Shown here one piece after another: positions 58,735 to 64,000 of a DNA stretch of 64,000 nucleotides. How positions within the stretch are numbered: the first letter of the stretch is position 1; each line of letters opens with the position of its first letter. Source of the stretch: Planctomycetota bacterium (lineage in GTDB: Bacteria; Planctomycetota; UBA8108; SXIK01); assembly GCA_965223845.1 (NCBI GenBank), contig CBDCXR010000004.1, positions 3,787,334-3,851,333 of the forward strand. The letters are read 5' to 3'. The translations under genes and the position numbers were made by a program. Under the pieces are notes generated by a model. That model ran no database searches. It saw nothing but the letters and a program-made list of their open reading frames with translations, and was not told where the DNA came from.

Positions 58735-59991
58735 TCAGTCCTTGGGGCGGAGCAGCGCCAGCGCACGCGCGGCCGCGGCGGCTCGAGCTCCGCCTCGCGC
58801 CGACTCCGCACGAAAGAGCGCGACGACGTCCGCTCGGTCGACGCCCTTCGTCCTCGGCTCGATACCGCCGAGGAGACGGACGACGTACGCGACTTCGTCG
58901 TCCGATTCACTCGCGCCGGCCAGCTCGAGGAGCCGAGCGATCGCGGGATCGTCGCCGCGCCGAGCGAGGACCCAGAGGATCCGCCGGCGCTCGTCCGCAT
59001 CCTTCGCCTCGCGAGAGCGCGCGACGAGCGCCGCGGTCATTCGCGGTCCGGGGAGCAGCACCGCCGCCTCGAGCGCGGCGCCGCGGATCTGGCGATTCGC
59101 ATCGCCCGTCGCCGCCGCGATGCGCGCGATCTCACTCTGGAGACCCGCGCGCGCGAACCCGATGAGCGCCGCGCAGTGCTCGGCGATCCCGAGGCTCGTC
59201 GCTCGATCGTAGATGCGACGCGCCGTCCCGCGCTCGGAGTTCGCCACGAGACTGTCGGCGAGCCGAAGATACGCCCGGCGAACGCGCAGGTGATCGATCC
59301 CCTCGGTCGTGCGGAGCGCCTCCTCGAGGACGCTAACGGACGAAATCTCACCGATGAGTGCGAGCGATTCGATCGCGACGAGGCGAACTTCCCGATCCTC
59401 GTCGCGCGCAGCTTCGAGCAGGTGCTGAACGGCCAGCGCGTCCTTGCGCAGTCCCATCGCTCGGAGGACGCCGAGTCGCAGATTCCCCGTCGCGCCCGAG
59501 AGCGCATCGCGGAGCGCCTTCTTCACGGTGACGACAGGGATCCGTTCGAGCGCACGCCGCGCGGCTTCGCGGACGGCCGCCTCGCCGTGCCCGCCGAGGA
59601 TCGACGCGAGCGGCCGCACGGATTCGTACTTTCCCAGTCGTCCGATCTCCTCGATGAGCGCGACGCGAGCCCGGAGCGGAAGCTCCGCCTCGAGGGCGGC
59701 GAGGGCGGACTTGACGAACTCACGCCTCGCGCCATCCGCACCGGGGCGTCCGCTCTCCGCACTCGCACGTTCCAGCCGGTCCGCACCGCGCGCAAACTCG
59801 CTCGGCTCTTCGCTCGCAAGCTGCGAGACGATCGCAGCGAACGGCGGCGGATCCTGGGCGCGAGCTCCGTCGGCGAGGAATGCAAGCGCGAACGGGATGA
59901 TCGACAAGAAGATCGGCAGCGCACGCGACGGCGCGAACGGTCTCGACCGGCGCGCCAGCGCGACGACAAGGAAACAGGCGTTCGAATTCAT
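58735..59991 (-). CDS. HEAT/PBS-lyase-like repeat protein, probably secreted
   Basis: N-terminal hydrophobic segment, repeated (V/I)R..A..ALG helical repeats throughout. Confidence 0.6.
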   Translation of the reverse strand: MNSNACFLVVALARRSRPFAPSRALPIFLSIIPFALAFLADGARAQDPPPFAAIVSQLASEEPSEFARGADRLERASAESGRPGADGARREFVKSALAALEAELPLRARVALIEEIGRLGKYESVRPLASILGGHGEAAVREAARRALERIPVVTVKKALRDALSGATGNLRLGVLRAMGLRKDALAVQHLLEAARDEDREVRLVAIESLALIGEISSVSVLEEALRTTEGIDHLRVRRAYLRLADSLVANSERGTARRIYDRATSLGIAEHCAALIGFARAGLQSEIARIAAATGDANRQIRGAALEAAVLLPGPRMTAALVARSREAKDADERRRILWVLARRGDDPAIARLLELAGASESDDEVAYVVRLLGGIEPRTKGVDRADVVALFRAESARGGARAAAAARALALLRPKD

Positions 59992-60026
59992 GGTGACGAG
60001 CTTCTAGTGGCGAGAGCGATCGACGA

Positions 60027-61253
60027 CTATATCTGGTACGGAGCCCGCATCGGACGGTCGAGCCAACGCGAGGCCGCTTCGTCGTCGACGATTTCTTCCT
60101 TGGCCGGATCCCAGCGGATCGTGCGACCGAGCCAGATCGCGATGTTCGAGAGATGACACACCGTGACCGAGCGCGCGCCGATTTCGACGTCGGCGACCGG
60201 CTCGTCGCGCGTGGTCATGCAGTTCCACCAATCGCGATGGTGTCCGGGGCTCCGGTAGAGTTTCACCGCCGGACTCGCGAGCTCGGCTCCGAGCTCCGCG
60301 GGATCCGCCGCGAATTTGCCGCGGTTCACGGTGATCGAGCCGGCCGACCCGACGAACTTGACCCCGTCGGCCGCTACCTTGCCGCAGCGCACCGTGACAC
60401 CGTTCTCGTAAACGATCGTCACGTACTCTTTTCCAGATTCGGGCGGGCGAACCTCTACCGGTCCGCTGCGCTCGTACCCGAGACCCCATTGCGCGATGTC
60501 GAGATGGTGAGCTCCCCAATCGGTCATCGTGCCGCCGGAAAACTCGCGGTACGCCCGCCAGCTCCCGGGGTGGAGCTTCCGATTGTAGTCACGCCACGGC
60601 GCGGGTCCGATCCAGCGGTCCCAATCGAGTCCCGATGGTACCGGCTCGGCGGGGAGGCGACAGGGTCGCGACGATCCCCATACGCTCACGAGGACTTCCT
60701 TGACCGCTCCAATTCGACCATTTCGAACGAGCTCGCAGGCGCGATGGAACTCCGCGCCCGAGCGCTGCTGACTCCCGACTTGAACGACGCGAGCGTAGCG
60801 ACGCGCGGCGTCGACCATCTTTCGTGCCTCGACGACGGTGAGGCTGAGCGGCTTTTCGCAGTAGACGTCCTTCCCCGCTTCACACGAGTGGATCGCCGGA
60901 AGCGCGTGCCAGTGATCGGGCGTCGCGATGACGACCGCGTCGACGTCCTCCCGGTCGAGGAGCGCGCGATAGTCGTTCGTCTTGAAACACGCCGAGCCAA
61001 CGCGGGCGGCGGCGGCGTCACGCTTCGACGCGTCGACGTCGCAGACCGCGACCGACGGGTGGGACTTGCTCGTCGCATATCGGCCGAGGTGTCCGTTTCC
61101 CATGCCGCCGACACCGATGTGTCCGATTCCGACGCGCTCGTTCGCATCGGGACGAAACGCCGTCCCGATGGCCCCTGGACGAGCGATCGCCGGAGCGACG
61201 AGTCCGGCTCCGAGCGCGCCTAGGAACGAGCGACGACTGACGCGCCGAGACAT
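60027..61253 (-). CDS. Gfo/Idh/MocA-family NAD(P)-dependent oxidoreductase with Tat signal
   Basis: RRSFLGALGAG Tat motif, GIGHIGVGGMG Rossmann, ATPDHWHA, EKPLSLT motifs; ATG at 61253. Confidence 0.8.
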   Translation of the reverse strand: MSRRVSRRSFLGALGAGLVAPAIARPGAIGTAFRPDANERVGIGHIGVGGMGNGHLGRYATSKSHPSVAVCDVDASKRDAAAARVGSACFKTNDYRALLDREDVDAVVIATPDHWHALPAIHSCEAGKDVYCEKPLSLTVVEARKMVDAARRYARVVQVGSQQRSGAEFHRACELVRNGRIGAVKEVLVSVWGSSRPCRLPAEPVPSGLDWDRWIGPAPWRDYNRKLHPGSWRAYREFSGGTMTDWGAHHLDIAQWGLGYERSGPVEVRPPESGKEYVTIVYENGVTVRCGKVAADGVKFVGSAGSITVNRGKFAADPAELGAELASPAVKLYRSPGHHRDWWNCMTTRDEPVADVEIGARSVTVCHLSNIAIWLGRTIRWDPAKEEIVDDEAASRWLDRPMRAPYQI

Positions 61254-61868
61254 CGCGATCCTCCGAGCTGGTTTCGGTCGAGATGAGCCGCGCCCGCGTC
61301 GCGTCACATCGCCATCGAGCTGAAGCGAGCCCCGCGCGCGGAGGAACCGAACGACCGCGAAGGCAGCAACAGCGGTAAATCGAGAACGTAATCCCAGGAA
61401 AGGATAGTCCACCGTGCGCGCGATGACAGCTCTCTCGTCCGTTCGATTTGTCGATTCCGGCGTGCTGAGACGGGCGCTGCGCTTGTGTTCGACGAGACTC
61501 GGCACGGGGCGATTCGATTTAGCCGGGAACTAGCGCGTTCGCTCTCCTCCGACAAACAACGGACGAATCCTCCCCGGCTCGAGACGCGAGGCGCGAACGG
61601 GACGACTCCCGATCGGGCGAGCCGTGAGACGGGATCGATACCGCTTTCGCCCACGGATGCTCTGTCGTGAATCCGCGACGATCGTCTGGAAACACGTGCC
61701 GTTCGGTTCGCGATGCCGACCGATGTCCCTCGTTTTCTGACGGCGAACCGATTCGCGCGCGGACCCCCAGCTCACGACTCGTGTTCAGGCGACCGAACTC
61801 TTAGCTCGATCGCGCTCCGAGGCCGGTAGAATGACGCGCAACGAGAATCCACTGAGCGAGGTATCAAG

Positions 61869-63143
61869 ATGGCAGAACGCTCGACCCGACGGCGGTTTCT
61901 AAAGCGCGCGGCGCAGATCGGAGCGGCCGCGAGCGCACCGGCGATTTTTCCGCACGGAATGCTCGGTGCGGCATCGCCGAACGAGCGCATCGTCACCGGT
62001 CATATCGGCGTCGGCGGCATGGGCACGGGACAGCTCCGCGGCTCGTTTCTTCAGAACGCGGGGGCGATTTGCGATGTCGACGAAAACCACCTCCGCCGCG
62101 CCGCTCGTCTCGTCGGTCGGTACGTCCCGCTCTACCGCGACTTTCGCGAGCTCCTCGACCAGCGTGACATCGACGGCGTCGTCGTCGCGACGCCCGATCA
62201 CTGGCACGCAGTGCAGACTGTCTACGCGTGCGAAGCGGGAAAGGACGTCTACTGTCAGAAGCCCCTCAGCCTCACCGTCGAAGAAGGGCTCAAGATGAAA
62301 GCCGCCGCGGATCGCTGCGGGCGCATCATCCAAGTCGGCTCGCAGGGACGCTCGACGCGCGCCGCGTACAAGGCCTGCGGTTACGTTCGGAACGGACAGA
62401 TCGGCCGCGTGAAGGAAGTGCGCTGCTGGCACTACGCCAATCCCGTCGGGGGCTTCAAACCCGACGAGCCGCCGCCTCCGCACCTCGACTGGGATCTCTG
62501 GCTCGGTCCGGTTCGCTACGTGCCCTACAACGTCGACCGCTGTCACTTCAATTTTCGTTGGTTCCTCGAGTTCGGTGGCGGACAGATCCGCGACCGCGGC
62601 GCGCACGTCATGTCCGTTGCGCTGTGGCTGCTCGGCGCCGACACGCAGCCGCTTCACTCGGTCGAAGCAACGGGAACGGCTCCCAAGGAGGGCATCTGGG
62701 ATTGTCCCGTCGACATGGAGGTGAAGTACGAGTTCAAGGACCCGGACTGGACGATGTACTGGCTCCAGCCCGGCGAGCCGCAGCGCGGTGCGGGCTACGG
62801 CGCGACGTACCTCGGGGAGAAGGGAAACCTCATCGTCACCGGAGGAGACGGCGGCTGCGGCACCGAGGAAAAAGCGATGCAGTACACTCCGCCCTCCGAT
62901 GGAGTTCAGCCGTACAAGAGTCCTGGTCACGAACGCGATTGGCTGAATTGCATGAAGACGCGGGAGAAGCCGATCATGCACATCGACGCGGGTCTCGCGG
63001 TCGCCAATCTGTGCATTCTGGGGAACATTTCGTACATCCTCGGACGCGAGCTCCGGTGGGATGCCGAGACGAATCGTGTGATCGGTGACGCGGAGGCGAA
63101 CCGGATGCTCGCTCGGCCAAATCGCACGCCGTGGCGGATTTGA
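61869..63143 (+). CDS. Gfo/Idh/MocA-family NAD(P)-dependent oxidoreductase with Tat signal (paralogue of 60027..61253)
   Basis: RRRFLKRAAQIGAAA Tat motif, GHIGVGGMG, ATPDHWHA, QKPLSLT. Confidence 0.8.
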   Translation: MAERSTRRRFLKRAAQIGAAASAPAIFPHGMLGAASPNERIVTGHIGVGGMGTGQLRGSFLQNAGAICDVDENHLRRAARLVGRYVPLYRDFRELLDQRDIDGVVVATPDHWHAVQTVYACEAGKDVYCQKPLSLTVEEGLKMKAAADRCGRIIQVGSQGRSTRAAYKACGYVRNGQIGRVKEVRCWHYANPVGGFKPDEPPPPHLDWDLWLGPVRYVPYNVDRCHFNFRWFLEFGGGQIRDRGAHVMSVALWLLGADTQPLHSVEATGTAPKEGIWDCPVDMEVKYEFKDPDWTMYWLQPGEPQRGAGYGATYLGEKGNLIVTGGDGGCGTEEKAMQYTPPSDGVQPYKSPGHERDWLNCMKTREKPIMHIDAGLAVANLCILGNISYILGRELRWDAETNRVIGDAEANRMLARPNRTPWRI

Positions 63144-63157
63144 GGAGGGACGGACCA

Positions 63158-64000
63158 TGAGATACCACGCACTCGCGATCGCGATCGCCACCTCGCTGCT
63201 CCTCGCCGCTGCCTCCCCGATCCGCGCGGAGACTCCCGCCACCGAAACCGTCCCCGATCCGGCGGCCGACCGCGCCGTCGCGAAGCTCGTCGAACAGGTC
63301 ACATCGGACGACAAGGACGTCCGCTACGCCGCTCGATCGGCGGCGCGTACGCTCGGGGCGCGGGCGATCAACCCGCTCGGCCGGCTGCTCGAGCACGAGA
63401 GCCGCGAAGTTCGGATCACGGCGCTCCGAGCGCTCGAGCAGATCGTGCATCACGCCGGTCGACCTGGTGCGGCTCGAGAGGCGCTCGCGGCGAGCCGGTC
63501 GTTGGCTCGGGTCGTCCGCTCGGACTCCCCGCAGTGGGTGAAGCTCGAGCTTCTCAGTCTCGTCGCGCACATTGGCGGGGACGCGATCGTTCCCCGCGTG
63601 AGCGGCTTCCTCCACGACCCCGATCCGCACGTCCGCGAGACGGCGCGCCTCGCCCTCGAGCGCATCCCAACGCGCGCGGCGAGCGGAGCTCTCATTCGCG
63701 CGGTGCGCGAATCGACCGGCGCAGATCGCGTCGCGTTTCTGTTCTCGCTCGGGAAGAAGCGTGACCCCGCGCTGACATCGTTTCTCCTCAGTCAGGCGTA
63801 CGACAGAGACGAAGAGGTCCGCCTCGCCGCACTCCGCGCGCTCGCGCACGCCGGTGCGCCGGAGGCTCAGCCGGCGTTTCGAGACGAGATCCAGCGCTCG
63901 GAGTCTCACGAGCGCGCTCAGCTGTTCGGAGAACTGCTCCGTCTCGCCGACGAGCTCGCAGACGCGGGTCGCTCGGGCGTCGCACGCCACCTGTTCGGCG
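63158..64000 (+). CDS. HEAT/PBS-lyase-like repeat protein, N-terminal part (runs off the window end)
   Basis: GGAGGG RBS then ATG; signal peptide MRYHALAIAIATSLLLAAASPIRA; HEAT-like repeats (VRYAARSAARTLGARAI, VRITALRALEQI, HVRETARLALERI, VRLAALRALAHAG); open to 64000; not in the ORF table because no stop within the window. Confidence 0.55.

Noticed and set aside
55908-59165. 1,085-aa ORF on the + strand
   Set aside because: Antisense to the S9 peptidase and HEAT-repeat genes; no recognisable motifs; R/E/D-rich.

Overview
This is a 64 kb window of high-GC (about 68-70%) bacterial chromosome, densely coding. I found no rRNA, tRNA, CRISPR array or mobile element. GC content produces very long spurious antisense ORFs almost everywhere, so I called genes on recognisable protein families and operon logic, not on ORF length. 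Gene content is PVC-superphylum-like (Planctomycetes and relatives; Gemmatimonadetes or Acidobacteria not excluded): a DUF1501/DUF1800 pair, a PSCyt1 CxxCH module, a ThuA-DUF1080 fusion, Tat-exported Gfo/Idh/MocA oxidoreductases, dockerin-like modules and a propeller-rich sensor kinase. Housekeeping blocks: (i) an ABC-3 (Mn/Zn-type) metal importer operon at 749-5275 (- strand) in which both permease genes carry C-terminal DtxR/MntR-like DNA-binding domains; (ii) sdhCAB at 8509-11833; (iii) a PfkB kinase translationally coupled to a PQQ-like beta-propeller protein; (iv) the carboxy(nor)spermidine dehydrogenase/decarboxylase polyamine pair; (v) a stand-alone E2 lipoyl-acyltransferase next to lipB; (vi) the nitrogen-regulation cluster glnD-glnK-amt, with an ECF sigma / zinc-finger anti-sigma pair upstream; (vii) a sugar ABC importer (double ATPase, two permeases, binding protein); (viii) trkA-trkH followed by a rhomboid-TPR protease. 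Most interesting: three otherwise unrelated secreted proteins share a dockerin-like double Ca-loop module followed by a PPxPPG...CGxDPT linker. Two of them sit divergently at 44.4-48.5 kb: a DUF1800 protein (with EF-hands) coupled to its DUF1501 partner, and a protein ending in a PSCyt1-type CxxCH cytochrome module. Also notable: a 1,150-aa propeller-rich sensor kinase whose H-box reads R-D-L-R where H-E-L-R is expected (codon CGC, one transition from His); a 615-bp low-GC non-coding spacer between divergent paralogous Tat-Gfo/Idh/MocA genes; and several other unusually long intergenic regions.
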